Source: Amphiscolops sp. MND2022 (lineage: Eukaryota). From it: DNA of 64,000 bases. Made by a program: the position numbers and the translations under genes. Shown here piece after piece: positions 11,048 through 24,752 of the stretch. Numbering within the stretch: position 1 is the first letter of the stretch; each line of letters starts with the position of its first letter. The notes under the pieces are model-generated. The model was not told the origin of the DNA. It was given only the letters and a program-made list of their open reading frames with translations, and searched no databases. Location of the stretch: positions 3,782,001 to 3,846,000 of the forward strand of contig OZ076410.1 of the NCBI GenBank assembly GCA_964187785.1, in the 5' to 3' direction.

Positions 11048-14000
11048 CTAATGGTTAATTGAAATACAACAACAAAAATTAATGTATCCATATAAACCAG
11101 ATTGACAAAGTTTTTTAAACTCTTCCACGAAAACATCTATCCTCCAATTAAAAAATAATAGTTGCTGCGTGACTGTTTCCAAGGAAAGTCTCTCATTATC
11201 GCAGAGGAAATTGAAGGCGAATGCAGCCAGTGACCATGGTCGCCTATGCACCGGCAAGGTGAATGTACTCCAGTGACCAGAGTTGTGCTCTTATAATCGT
11301 GTCAACACACTTCTTTTAGTTTGCCCGACATACAGCGTCCTGAGACTTTTCTTTCAAACTAACAAGAATTTAAGCGAAACCAAAATTAACCACAGGAATT
11401 ACCACTCTTATCGACCGATAATTTACCTCTGGTCATTGCACATGAGTACCGGGGAACGACCCCATGCTTCGTAACATTCGAAGTCTTCTTTCAACTTCTA
11501 TCTCATGAAGGGTTGTCTTTGATAGAACAGACTTGATAGCTCGGCATGTTTCCTTGCTTGAAATGTGTAAGTTGTGTAAGATACTCAACATGTAAGAGAG
11601 TCAAGAACAAAAATGACTGATAAATATTTTAGCCTTAGCATCATTCAATCATATAAAAATTGAGAAGCTTGATTTGGGAAATAATAAAATTTTGATATGA
11701 AATAAAAAATGACACAACTTACACTTCACCAACAAAAGTAATGTTACGTAAATCTCGAACACGGCTAACAATGACGTATAACTGAGACGCAAGCCAAAGA
11801 GAATACTTCTCGGTAACAAACAACTGGGTGGTAAAGGTGTCTCCCATTAGTTTGTGAACTGCCAATGCAACATAGTTCGAGACAGGTATCTGCGTTCGTC
11901 GAACAGAAGAATTTTTCCATTTATGTACGTAGCCGGTAACTTTTCTCAACCTGCAAGATGGCCAACTCAAGTAGATTTTTTGTGAAAACAAGTTGGGATT
12001 GGCGATTGAATCTATTTCCGGCGCAACGTATACAAGAAGTTACGAATCGGTATCAGTTGGGAGTTCTCCCACAATACAAACTTGGCCTTGAAAAAAATTA
12101 GCTGTATTAATTGTTAAGCGGACCACAGACTCCAACATCAGTACAGCTTTTTGGGGTTCTCGGCACTCATTATTTAGAAATTTGATGACATCATCAGAAG
12201 CTGCAACCCACTGGGTACTTGTGCCATCGCAAATTTCGTCGACAGCGGAAAACTCAACATATGCTACTCCCGAGGAAACTATAGCTTCCTGATGGCGTTC
12301 CATAGCTTCGTGTTCAGCGTCTTTTCTTCTGAACACTTTCATCGTTTTCATGTAGCTGATCCCCAAGAAGGTGTGAAAGAACAATGCTTTCGAACAATAT
12401 TGACTATTATGTCAATATCATTTTCTGGTACTGGACGTTGAGTCATTAGGTTCAGAAGTTGCTGACCAATGGGCGAACCAATGTGGTAAGAAAATGTATT
12501 TCGAACACAAAAAGAAGTGTTGTCGACAGAAACACATCTGTACCATCGTTATTGGGCAACTGATTTGTGTCTCCATTTGCAATGATGAGGACACCGCCGA
12601 AGATGATATCATTTTCACGAAGTGTGCGCAAAATAATGTCAATGGAAGCCAAAAGTTCAGCGTTTATCAAACCAATTTCTTCAAGTACAAGCACTTTAAG
12701 TGATAAAAGCAGAGCTTTTTTCTCAGCTTGGTAATGCAAGTTTTTGAGAGCTCTCTCAGCTGTAGTCAAGGGATCACTTTTTTGTTAACATTTATGCAAG
12801 AGAGTCGGTGGATGTGTATACAATCAAAATGCTGAGACCGTCTGCCAGCTAAACTGATAACATAACACTGCAAGCCATTTAGCATAGTGTACAACAGCAC
12901 AATTGAGGTGATGTGACTCTTGCCTGACCCAGGCTTGCCTGAAACGAGTTGATGTTTGAAGGAACTCTGACAGTGGAAGAGGCAATGATAACTTTCAATA
13001 ATTCATCCAAAATAGCTTGTTCATTGAAGGATTTATCAGACTGAAATGACAGTTTGAACAATTGGGGGATCCAATGAACGTTGGGATTTTGCGATGAGGG
13101 ACTCGGAATATCGGAGTCATTGGACGGCTTCAAACGCTTGAATAATTCATCTTGTGTTTTAGCAAGGTAGGAGAGCACACTGTCTTCGCTCATTTCAGTT
13201 AGGATTGTCGGACTTCGGGAATTTCCGGATGTGAGCCAGTATTCACGTTGTCGTGCAGGACCAAACCTTCTATAGCTTCAGAAGCCAAGACAACCTTTGA
13301 GAAAAATGAAATATTTCTACCCGGAAGGAACTTGAGTTGTTCAACGACGTATCTTCTTAGCAAATCATTGGCATGACTTTCATCAAACTGCGTTACCTGA
13401 GCTAAAAATTTTGGCATTGACAAAACATTGTCTGAGGCTAGGGGCCGAGAAAAGGTCTAATTCTGTATCGAAATGCCCCATTGTGTATAACAAGTGCAAT
13501 AAAACTTTAGAGGATTTTTTGGGTATACTTTTGAAAACACAACGCCAGCAAGTAAGGGTGAAATGAGAGTACAATCTTGCATGTAGCAAATAGCTACTTC
13601 GCTCAAGTGTAAGCTAATCAGAACTGCAGAAATTGTGGAACGATTAAGCTTTGGCTTTGCACATTGTTCACCCAATGAGTCGCAATTCTGCAAGAGCTGT
13701 AGAACGAATTTTGATTACGGTGTTACTTCCATCAATCCATGGTCTCGGATTTCGACTTAGATAAGATGTAACAACTTCTCGTTTCAGACATTTATCACGA
13801 ATGAGAAACGAGTAATAAGGCTGTAATTGTCTGATAAACATCAATTCTGGCGGACGAATTGAAAACAGGGTAAATTTATCAGTACTGAAATGCGAAGCAG
13901 AGGCATCTTCGATTTGAACTTTTTGTTGCTGCGTAAAACAAAGGTAACTTGGTAAGCCTAACTGCTCCCTGACATTAAGATGATCGTTTGCAGATCCGGA

Positions 14001-17000
14001 GGAGCGAACGTAAACCCGACGTTTTCGAAAGTATTTTCCTCCTCGATAATCCAGTGAAACGGAAGGAACATGAATGAATGCAATGTTTGTAATTATCGCA
14101 GGGAGTTGGAACATCCACCACAAATATTCGGTTAGAGACACTTGCAAAGCTGATACCACATTCCCTTCATGCTTTTCTATCTCTGATTTTCTGAACAAAG
14201 CAGATCCAGTAATTTTGTTATTACTTAGCTTTGGAGCAGTGACACTAAAATGTTCTTCATCTGATCCTTGTTTAATTTTGACATCTGCATGCTCTTCTTT
14301 GCCAGCGGCATACTTGTCGAGATACTTGGAGCAAAAGTTTTCAGTGATAATTTTTACATTGCCACTAGACAGGGTTAGGGCAAACATTTCGGCTAAATTG
14401 AGCATAATATGTTCCCCTTTGGTAGAAGGGTACTTGTATTTTTGACATGCAAGTTCTTTATTTGGTTGGTAATTGAACTCGTCAATGAATGTGATTAGAT
14501 GTAACTTCTTTAAAATTGTGATGGCTTCTTTTGAATACTTTTGAGGAATGGTTTTCAGCCACATGTCATTCGAAGGCGGATAGGGAGGAAATCTACAAGT
14601 GGGTTCTTCGGACAACTTATGTGTTCGTTTGAAACAACGTTGGAATTTTCGGACACAATCAAGGGGTTGGAATCGGAGGTATAAATCAAAGATTTCGTTT
14701 ATATCATGCAAATCATCTATTATTGGCATATTGGAACGAAATAGATCTTGGAATTTTTGCAAAAAGGTGCTTCGAAGTGGACTGAATGATACTTTCGATA
14801 CTGTTCAAATCATCAGCAAGCCATATGAGTATATGATAGTGAGGAAAAATTAGCAACTGCGTCTTGAAACTCTGCCCTGCCCCAAATTTGATTATATTAC
14901 CTCTCGATATCAACAAATAGTCAACGAACTTATTAATAGTTTCATTCCACATTTGAAGCATTATGGGCATATACAACTGACAGGCTGCTTTGTACTGTTC
15001 AGAACTTTTGTCGGGAAACTTGGCTTCGATGGCGTTGAAGAGGGGAGCAATACCAAAGTGTTTTTTCATGTTAACTGTCAATGTCACGAACAGATTTGGA
15101 TTTTTTGTTTTCATGGCTTGACCTAATTCTAATACGTTCCGCTCAGAGTTAACTGAATTGAAAACAACGCTATCAAACATGGAATTAAGTTTCTTGCCTT
15201 ATACGTCAATATTCTGAATGCCACGTTTGAAGAAACCGTTCGTAGTTGTTTTGTGAAGTCTGACATGCAACAAAATATCAGTCAGTAAAAAGAGATAATT
15301 GACATTTGCAGATACTGGCAATTCCAGTTTATTGATACGAGCTAAAGCACGTTGGTGGGAACTGGCAAATCCAAATCTACTATTGTCAGATTGGTCTTCC
15401 AACAGAAAATATGGTATGGCCCCAGTGCATGAACCATCAGCTTGTTGATTGTGAAACAAACTGGGACACAAAAGTACCTCTGCTTGTAATAATGAATCAA
15501 CTTCTCCCGGATTCGATGCTGCAAAGTTTTGGAAAAAACGCAGATACTTCTTGGAAAGCGTTGAAGGACACGAGGCTCGCTTAAACACAGTGAGCACTCC
15601 ATTAAGTAGCAAATGAAGGGGGGCCATGTTACAGTCATCGTTGTCTTGCAGTTGAGGAAGTTCTAGCGAAGCCTCAGTTTCAGCGAATGATTCATATGGC
15701 AAAGCGGTTTCTTGAATTCCAATGTAACAACTATCGGACGAGGAAGAACTTTCTGAACGAGGTGAAGTTATAATTAAGGGATTTTTTGGCGTCTTCCTCT
15801 TCAGGACTAACAGAAACATAAAAATCGGCAGATGATGGAAATACTTCATAAACGTCTAATTTCCCACAAATATCAGCAAAGTGATGCGAACAAACAGCCG
15901 CGGAATGAGAGTCTTGCATACAACGCCAAGCAGACTTTCTTCGACAACTTTGCATGCAACAAATGTAAGATGACAATCTGAAATCAACACACAAGAACAA
16001 ATCGTGGCTAACACATTTAATAACTTCTTGACCACCGAAAAACGAGAGACACTGATCATGCAAGAGAGTTTTGATATCTGCAAAATAGACTAACAAATTC
16101 CAATCAGGGTTGAATTCGTCTACAACTGTTGGTTCCTGCTGCGACAAATGGAAACCGGGCAACATTATTGAGTAACGAAATATCATGGAGGACAAATTAT
16201 CTTAAGAAACTAACACAAGTGAAAAGGTGTGTTGCAAGAAACGCATAGTAATCGGAATGGCGTCACTCCTGCTCTGTTGATCCGAACAAAGTATCGCCAG
16301 AACTGGAATTGATATTCTGTGCTTGTAAACAAATCCTCAATCTCGAAGCGTATGATACTCCGGGTCGGCAAATAGAGACAACAACAAGAAGGCGTTCTGT
16401 CGAAAACGTTTTGAATAACTGATGAAAAATTCATATTCAACAAATCAGGAAGACTATAGAAAGATTGAAACTCCTTAACAACTGCGTCCACTGTAGAACG
16501 ATGATGTCTGCCCCGTAATTGTGATTGAGCCTGTCTTTTGAGGCACAAAATAAATTTTTGGGCATTGCTATTGTCTAACGAAAACTTACCAAACGGTTCA
16601 GCGTGAACTTGCAAGAAAACACACAATGATAAACCATGGTTTATGGAGAAAAACAGAGTGGAGACGGAAATCGGTTCATTGCCAAAGTCAGAGTCCTCGT
16701 GAACGAGCAGCAAAGATGGAGGGATGTTCGGCTTCAGAGTGACCGTGGAGTCCAAAAACTCTTTGGACTGTTTTGGAGAAATGGAAGATAATGAAAAATG
16801 TTTTTTGTACATCTCGGGCGTAATTCTAAGATCGGCATTGGTGATAGCCTGGACAAATGGTTCATTAATGACATTACTGTTGACCAAACGTGTAAGTAAA
16901 TTTGAAACATCGATCTATTCTTTGTGAACAGTGCCTCTGATTGTGGCAATGAATTTTCGCTCTTGATATTGAAATTTCGGATGGGAGTAATGTGTAGAGT

Positions 17001-18137
17001 TCTGATGCCGTCATATCCACCTTTACTGGTTGCCATTGCAAGATATTCCGTGGCTTTGAGGTCAGTAGCGCTAGGCGATCACTTTGGTAGTGGAGCAAGT
17101 TGCCCAAGGGTGAAGTTTGAAGATGAACGAATTTTTTAGACAAATCTGAATGGGCGGCACAAACTTTCAAGAAGAGACCGTCGGCATTAACTTCTAGATG
17201 AGGGGCACAAACGAAAACATCCAAATGCAAAGTAGACTGAAAACAGTCTTTCCGCATTCCCCTCAACTTTTCCTGTTGGCACCAAAACTAATAAGTTTTT
17301 AAAACCAGTAATCAGGACATGAACAAAAGAAATACTGGAACACGAATTTATGAGTGACGCACAACCGGCTGGACATTTCACAAAAGGGAATGCAAAGTCA
17401 TTGAACAAGTACTTTACATTGGAAGCTTTGAATTCACCAATTATCTTTTGAAAATGACCAAACTTCACAGTAAAATCTTGGAAAAGATTACTAATGGAAT
17501 CGTGGCGCTCAAATACTTGCATCGCGGGCTTCTCCCAAGACTCACGAAGTTCAGGAGGAAGCAGAGAATGGAAATATTCCCCATTACATTGAAACAGTTG
17601 CGGCAAAAACAGGAAAGTACAAATAACAGCAAGCCAAGCGAAGTTCCATTTGTTTGATTGCAAAAACATTTCACACAAATCACAAAGAGATACAGATTGA
17701 CCTAAATGGATTGACCTGTTGCATCCAAACTGACGTCGAACATGTTCCTGAGTCAAAGTAACGGATCTTAATTGGAACGGATAATGTTCGGTTCTTTCTC
17801 TCAAACAAAGACTGCACAAATCACTGATGTCACTCAACGGAGCAGCATTTGGAGAATTTGCTTTCAATCTGTTGTCTATCTCGAATACAACACGGTAACT
17901 TGACTGAACATAAGTACCGATGTCAACACTCTCGTTCTGATCTGCTGGAATTCCACTTGAATCGACTGGAGGATCATTAAAACCTACATCTAAAACATCG
18001 GAAGACTGGATTTGCACACTGGTAGATCCTACATTATCTTGAATCTGGAACGAATCCTCTTGAGAAGTGTGGACATCGATCTGACGAAAAAATCGACCAG
18101 TTTGTGGATCGCTTCTCAAAACTCTTCGGTGTCTCAT
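11048..18137 (-). mobile_element. Degenerate Helitron-like RepHel gene: Zn-finger-like N-terminus, HUH Rep, PIF1-family helicase, C-terminal GIY-YIG endonuclease
   Basis: Rep motif 1 PNLFVTLTVN (~15090), motif 2 EFQDAVANFPHYHILIWL (frameshift-joined, ~14820-14880), motif 3 KYLDKYAAG (~14310); Walker A GKPGSGKS (~12915-12945, off the listed ORF frame); LEEIGLINAELL..FGGVLIIANGDTNQLP; QIPVSNYVALAVHKLMGDT; QLYVIVSRV; then GFA*ILVSL..TLYVGQTKR..RL*EHNSG..RRPW (11400-11050). Many stops and frameshifts. Confidence 0.88.
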
Positions 18138-18415
18138 AGGTCAAACAATTCAATGGAAACAAAGAATACATTCAACGAAACAACAAATGCACTGCTGAAG
18201 TTATGAGGAAACTGAAAATGGTTACATTGAGGAACAAATCTATAGTGGATGAATATATATCCACCTCAGATTTGTATTTGAGTAACCACTGGAGCCACTG
18301 ACACAGAATTGTCGTTCAATAAACGATACGTTAATACGACAGCGCGACATTTTAGTCAATTGTATAAGAATTGCATGATAAGTTGTTGTAACAGACAAAG
18401 GCAATCAACAGATCT

Positions 18416-18775
18416 GTTATGGGTGATTACTCAGTAAAAATAGTAGCCACCTAAGAAATGTCTAATTTGAAGCAAGCAACAGATCTATTATGGGTGACTA
18501 CCTAGGAAAACCAGTAGTCACCTAAGAAAAATCTAATTCGATGATAAAAAAGAGGGCAATGTACAACTAGTGAAGAAAGATATGGCAGTGCGACCAGCAA
18601 TCTACAGAACTATAATGTATGACTACTTAGTAAAAACAACAGTCAGCGTAGAAATTTCTATTATGAATACAGTAAAGGGGCACGGTAAACAAAGGTAAGC
18701 AAAGCTTATTGAGAACAACAAATCTTTAATGGGTGACTACTAAAAATGAACAGTAGCCACCTAAGAAATGTCAAC
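18416..18775. repeat. Four dispersed ~55-bp hairpin-containing repeats upstream of the RepHel ORF
   Basis: Units of the type ATGGGTGACTAC-N12-GTAGTCACCTAAGAAA at ~18416, 18488, 18612 (diverged) and 18727; the inverted arms GGTGACTAC/GTAGTCACC are perfect in the 18488 unit. Confidence 0.75.
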
Positions 18776-19659
18776 TAAACTTTCAAATAGTGCAATCAAA
18801 TAACTGGAGACAAGTAAACCTGGTTGCTGCGTGTTAATACGAAACGAAAGTAACTGTTGTAACCTGAATGGCAAAGGTGATGAATACAGGTCTGAGAACG
18901 AAGACATGCAAAGAAGGAACCCATTACTGACATTTGTGTGAGGAACAACAATAACAATAACTGAAAAAAATTAAACGCTTTTATACGACCGTGTTTAATC
19001 AATGAATTTGCAAAATCCATATTTAAATAATTATTATGAAAAAAAACGATGACAACAATGCAGTTTTGAAAAATGGAACCTAAATGATAAAACCGGATTA
19101 TTTTAAAATGCAAAACAGTATTAAAGCAAGAAGCATTGAAATCTTGTATAAAAATGAATTTTGAATTTGTGAATTATTTAACTACAAAAATCGTACAGCT
19201 CACCGTGATATAACTGATTGAAAAAATGTTAATGCCGATCGTGTGGTACTAATTGATATCATAAAAAATTAATACTTCAATAAAAATCAATTGCTGTCAA
19301 AAGGCTACGAAATCAATGAAAAGATATCAGTAAATTTTGTTGTGTAAGAGTAAGATTAAAAAATTTTTAATGCCATTTCAAAGTAACACTAGATAATGTT
19401 AAAATTGTTCAAGAAAAAAGCACCATAGGGTACAGCATTGTGGATCAATGATAAACAAGAGAGAAAACAGCGAAAATGGTGCCGCAAGCAGCAAATATTC
19501 CAAGATTGAACAGTCAATCAATTAATACTGAAATGGCCTAGCAAGTGTAATTGGGCAAAACACAAAGACAAGGCATTATGATAAAAGACAAATGAGAACA
19601 GATCACTAAAACACAAATGATAATAACAAAATCAGTCAGCCGGCAACTAATAAATCAGT

Positions 19660-19860
19660 ATCTGCTAATAATTTTCGCTCTAATTAAAGCTTTTAAATTA
19701 AACATTCCTCTTCGATTCAAATGAACGCCGTCTTCATCCAATACATTCTTCATTGCCATTTTGGTAGAGACGCCATGGGCGTGAAAGACTGCGTGGCATT
19801 CGTCGTCGGAGGGCATTCCTACGGACGGTAGGCGTTGAAAAGGTATGTGGGTGCTAATGG
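19660..19860 (-). pseudogene. Possible SGNH/GDSL hydrolase C-terminal fragment
   Basis: Minus-strand frame reads ...KNVLDEDGVHLNRRGMFNLKALIRAKIISRY*; DGVHLN..G resembles SGNH block V. Upstream blocks are not recognisable. Confidence 0.4.
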
Positions 19861-20429
19861 GAAAAATTGACTTCTATCTTTCTTTTAAATAAAAGATAGG
19901 CAGGGCTCAATAGTTGAAGTTCGGCTAAGTTTTTAAACCTTTAGCTGCTTGTTCTTTTGGTAATTAATAATTCCTTTCGTGAATTGCAAACGACGATTTC
20001 TGAATCTGGATTGAAAACAGAATAAAATTTGAACATCTATTTCAAATAAGAGCCAAATGAACAACCAAATATTTTGTACGTCTATATAGTACAGAGAGAT
20101 TGAATGAGCAACGTATCAGATATTTCGAGAAGAGTTAGCAGCATCTAAATATTTGATTCCTCAAACAAATCAAGGACTAAAAATAAAAGTAAAGACAGGA
20201 ATGCGAAAAACGAACGTTCCATTGGAATCACTGCAGTTGGTTTTTAATGAAGATAGGCTTTCTGTTAAAATGCAGTTTTGTTAAAGTGTTCACGTGGAAT
20301 TACCAACCAGATGAAACGAGTGTTCACTATGATTTATTGTTCATACAGAAAATTATCAGGATAATTTGGAAGTATTGTTCTACTCAAGTTCCTTTTGATC
20401 AGCAAGGTTGTCTTTCTCGATTTGACAAC

Positions 20430-21632
20430 ACGGGTATTTCTCATCACTAGAATGTTTTGAATGGTGCAGCTTTGTCCAAACACGCTGTCTTTGCCGCCGG
20501 AGGCCCGTCGTCAATTGAATTGTAGTCTAAACATGTTTATTTTGAGGACTCTAAGAATTTGTGGTTTTAATACCACTTTAATACAACTATCGGAATTTAC
20601 CGTTTTTGTTCATTAAATTTTTTTGGTCATCTGTCATCGTTCCGTTGAGTGCCAGGTAACAAACGTGCACAGAAAATGTCTCCTGCGTGACGCCATTTTC
20701 TGCCACAGAAGGCTTGAACCAGCCTTTCAGTCGGAACCCTTGATGTGCATTCACCAAATCAGTCACGTTTCGCTGCTGCAAAATGCTGTTATTCTATAAC
20801 CTTTTTTTGAATTTCTTAGTTGTGAGAAAACACTCTCAACTAACGGCGTCATCCAAATCGAAAGGATCGATTGCGTCATTCGTCAAGGGCCACTGCAATT
20901 TCTCTTGGCTCATGAAAACTACAGCAGTTTTCATTGATGTTACAGTTACCTTGTCCCTGGCAATATCCTTGAATTCATCACATGAGAACGAGACTCCAAG
21001 CACCCAGTGCTTGTGTGGATCGGACGTCGTACAGAGACACGAGGCTGTGTTGGTCTGGGAATCACAAAATGATCCCGTGCATACATTGTCCTGTTGAGTG
21101 GCCGCGAAGATGTTGAGAGTTTTAGTGACGAATTCAAAAATTGTGTAGTTGGGGGCATCCACATCAGCAGGCGGGATAACATTAATTGTTGACGTTATGG
21201 CAACTTGAACAGGGATAATGGGATCCAGAGTCATATTTTCGAGGTTTTTAGGCCCCAAGTAAGAGGTCACACAGGGCATGATTATGAAAACATCTTGACC
21301 TTGAGGTAGGTGGCTGCTGAATCTTTGCTTTGTTGCTGCAGGTGTCTTCAAGAAGGTAATTACAACGTTTGGCGAGTCAGGAACTCCATATACCACAAAG
21401 CGATCTAATGTGGATATTTCTTTGTTCACTTGAGTTAAAGTACCACGCGCTGGTTGAAACATCCTTTGTTTTTTTTGCGATTTATCGCATACAAGTACGT
21501 TGCTTTGATCACATATCGCCTCGGCTTCTGGGCATCAGAGATCAGTTGCGCGAATGTTACTCTTTCGAACCTGTTGAGGCGCTCGACACAACGTTCGAAC
21601 GAATCGGAACTTTCGGAGAACCCTGTATTCAT
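20430..21632 (-). pseudogene. Helitron-associated accessory gene, copy 2 (frameshifted, probably spliced)
   Basis: ORFs 21435-21632, 20836-21462 and 20587-20781 chain with frameshifts; contains VCTGSFCDSQ..SCLC and GFRLKGWFKP; homologous to 9830-10727. Confidence 0.7.
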
Positions 21633-24357
21633 TTTATATCTGATTGTTGACTCGAAGGATTACGAAAAATGGAGATGATCAGGACAGGATGATTTCAATT
21701 CACGAGAATTTCAAGTTGAATCTGAAGGAAACATCGAAAATTACAGTGGCCGAGAACAATTATAAAATCCGGAATCTGATTAGGTTCAGTGGACGACAAA
21801 ACAATCATGACGAAAAGCAAATTGAACGTTATTGTAATGAAGAGAAAATTTAACATGCGAGCGTTGAAAAACAAGAAATGCTAGTTAAATTTGAAATATC
21901 GTCGACCGTGTTCTTCGTGGAATTGCTCGACACTAAATTATGGATGGATTAGATCAAGGATACCGAAAAAAAAGAAACTTTTTGAACAGTCATGTATCAT
22001 CAACTGATTCGGACAAATATACGTTAGGTCCTTGTTTTAATTTGTTTCAGGAGATATCCAATAAAGGTGACAATAAAAAATCTTCACGAGATAAAAAAGA
22101 ATTCCAAGACGAATGGCAGTTGTAATTCACAACATCACCAAGAGATTCTTGGTGCGATCACTGAAATTTATTAATTAATCTGGTGTACGGAAAAACATCT
22201 TTGGATATTTTCGTCTACTGAATTTACTGTAAAAGATTAACGGTGCTACGATGCTACAACGCTCTGACCGGTTATGAAGCTGTAAATGGTCAGAAACTGT
22301 GAAAAGGTACTGAACTAAGTCATGGTTCTATTTTAGGCCGGTTCGTGAGTTTTTGCGGTTCTGATAAGTAAAACAGAAGAGAATTTAAAATGGCTACTAT
22401 TCCCGAAAAAATCCTCAAACAGAACTTAGACATTGGATTGTTGTTCTATTGAATAGAAAATGTAGTAAACGCCTCTTACCATCATTTTGTATTTCAGTTA
22501 GAGGTTGAGCATTGTTGTTAACAAGACAACCGGGGTAAAAATATGTTCTCTAGTAAAAAATGTGATCTCTCCTCTAAATTCGTACCTATAAAAAGTCGCA
22601 TTTTTTTCTTCAAAAAAATGCTCCGCGATATCTTAGTATACAGTTATATCAAAAACGGTACGGTAATGCTATAAAGTTTATGCTCATGTTTTTTTCACTG
22701 AAATTGCCGTGTGTATTTAGTTTAAAAATTGAAAACCAATGACAAAATCGTGCTGTTAGACAATTGAAAAACTTTCTTGAAGTTCGAGACTGCTTCAATA
22801 ACCGGGGTGTTTCCCTTGGCATGTAACTTCTTTCACGCTCTAACTGTAATGGTTAAAGATTAAAAAGATGCTAGAACGGAACAAATAAATCAATGTCCTG
22901 TTTTTTCAAATTATCCCCCTCATTGCTAGAGCACAAATGAAATATCAGCATTCGACAAACCGCTGAACGATGAGGTAATGTTGATGCTCAATGATTTAGT
23001 TAAATTAACTGTTCAGTAAAAATGTTGGAAGTAACTCAAGTAATTTACCGGTGAAAATCTTTACTAATTTCAAAGCAGAACAGTTGCAAAATAGTTCAAA
23101 AAAACGTTTCATTTTTTCAACAGCAATAAATAGAAATTTTCAGCAAACGTTTATTTTTGAAATTTCTCATAACGTTTTTCACATTGCCATCGAATGATTT
23201 CCATATTAATCATCTTTCAACGCAATAAGACGTTTAGAACGATTGGAATTCAGAAAATAAAACAGCTAGGCATTGATTAAAGAATGGTCATTAAAAATTT
23301 TGAAACACCTTTTTTTCGAAAATGTGAAAATCGATCGATTGCTACAAGATCCTCTCGAATGAGAAATGAATGAAGAGAACTTTAATTTCGACCACAGAAT
23401 GATAGGTTATAACTTGAACAAGAAATTATGAAGAATATAGTCCCACTTGTCAAAAAATTATTTGGTGACTGAATTGTCATAAAATATTGGCTATTAACCT
23501 CCGCTCTGACAAAGTTTACATAAGTCACGAGGCGCTTCAGTCAAACAACCTTAACGGTGAAGTTCTTGTACCCTCTTGGACCAGCGTTGTTTGGATCAAT
23601 TGCTTGTAATGTTTTTTGTTGAGGAGACTACTTCATTTTGCGTTTTATACAATTTAATCGAAAGGCAAGCTTGAGTAGCGCCCACGACGGGGTTTCTTGC
23701 AGAGGGCTTCATATGAAAAAAAGGAAACAATAATTCCACAACATAAGCAATAATTGAACGATTTGATAGAAATAACCCAAAGAAAACGCTCTAAAGTTTA
23801 ATAACTTGGTAAACTGAGTAAGGACATGTTTTGGGGTTAAAGTCAGCAAATGTCAATCTCTTTCCTTTTAAGCACTCTCGAACTTTTTATACGTTACAAT
23901 TGTAAAATTCAAGGAAACTTTAGGAAAAATATTAAGAAATTTTTGTCAATTTTCAAAGCAATCCTCATTACTCAAAATGCATTTCCTCAGAACAGAAAAC
24001 TAAGTATAAAATAACATTGTCTAAGTGTTTCAACATAACCCTGGGACAAACGTACTGAAGAGTAATTAGAAGAAAACAAGTCAAGGGCCACAGCAATAAA
24101 TTACTATTACTTGTAGCGATCGTTACTGAGTCTTTTTTAGTCTTTTTTTGTCGTTGTGTTTCTTTTCAGTCAGTAATTTCATGAAAGCGTTTTTTAAGTA
24201 GAAATCAGACCGTCGTCTGCAACAACTTTCCCAGTTATACAAATAAATAAGTTTTGATAATTTGATGTCATTAAAAGCCTAACTTCTCCCAGTTTGTTTT
24301 GTCAATACCACGAATATCTAATAGGCATTTGTTGCGGCCTGTTCTCGAGAGGAAATG

Positions 24358-24752
24358 TCAAATAAAACCCATCGACCATGGTTGATTCTCTAGTAATTCC
24401 GTATCGTGGGTCCATTTACACCGTCGGAGTGCGTCTGAAAGGCTGTCGTCTGTCTCATTAATATACAACGTCGAATAGTTGTTGTCTGCCATGCTCACTA
24501 GCATATAACTGTAACCATTTTCAGTTGTTGGAACTTCAAAGTGATTTGTCAAGTACATTGTGCAAGGAACATTCGTGAGTTGTCTTGGAGATTCTTTGTT
24601 TCTTAACTTGGACATGGACTTATACACTATTTCTTCATGCTTATGTGTTGTACTTAACACCTTTCTCACAGCTGTCATTGTTTGCTCTTCACTTCCCGCA
24701 AAGTGTAATGATGACAACGTACGCATTCTGCTGATGATTACATAAATCTGCG
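24358..24752 (-). mobile_element. 3' fragment of a second, diverged Helitron-like RepHel (helicase motif VI + GIY-YIG)
   Basis: SQIYVIISRMRTL (motif VI), EQTMTAVRKVL (cf. KETCRAIKSVL in copy 1), GYSYMLVS..TLYINET..LRR..QPW; truncated at ~24752 by the triplicated segment. Confidence 0.8.

Noticed and set aside
21700-24300. Short ORFs in the AT-rich spacer (e.g. 21644-21853, 21940-22125)
   Set aside because: No recognisable motifs, splice structure or homology within the window.
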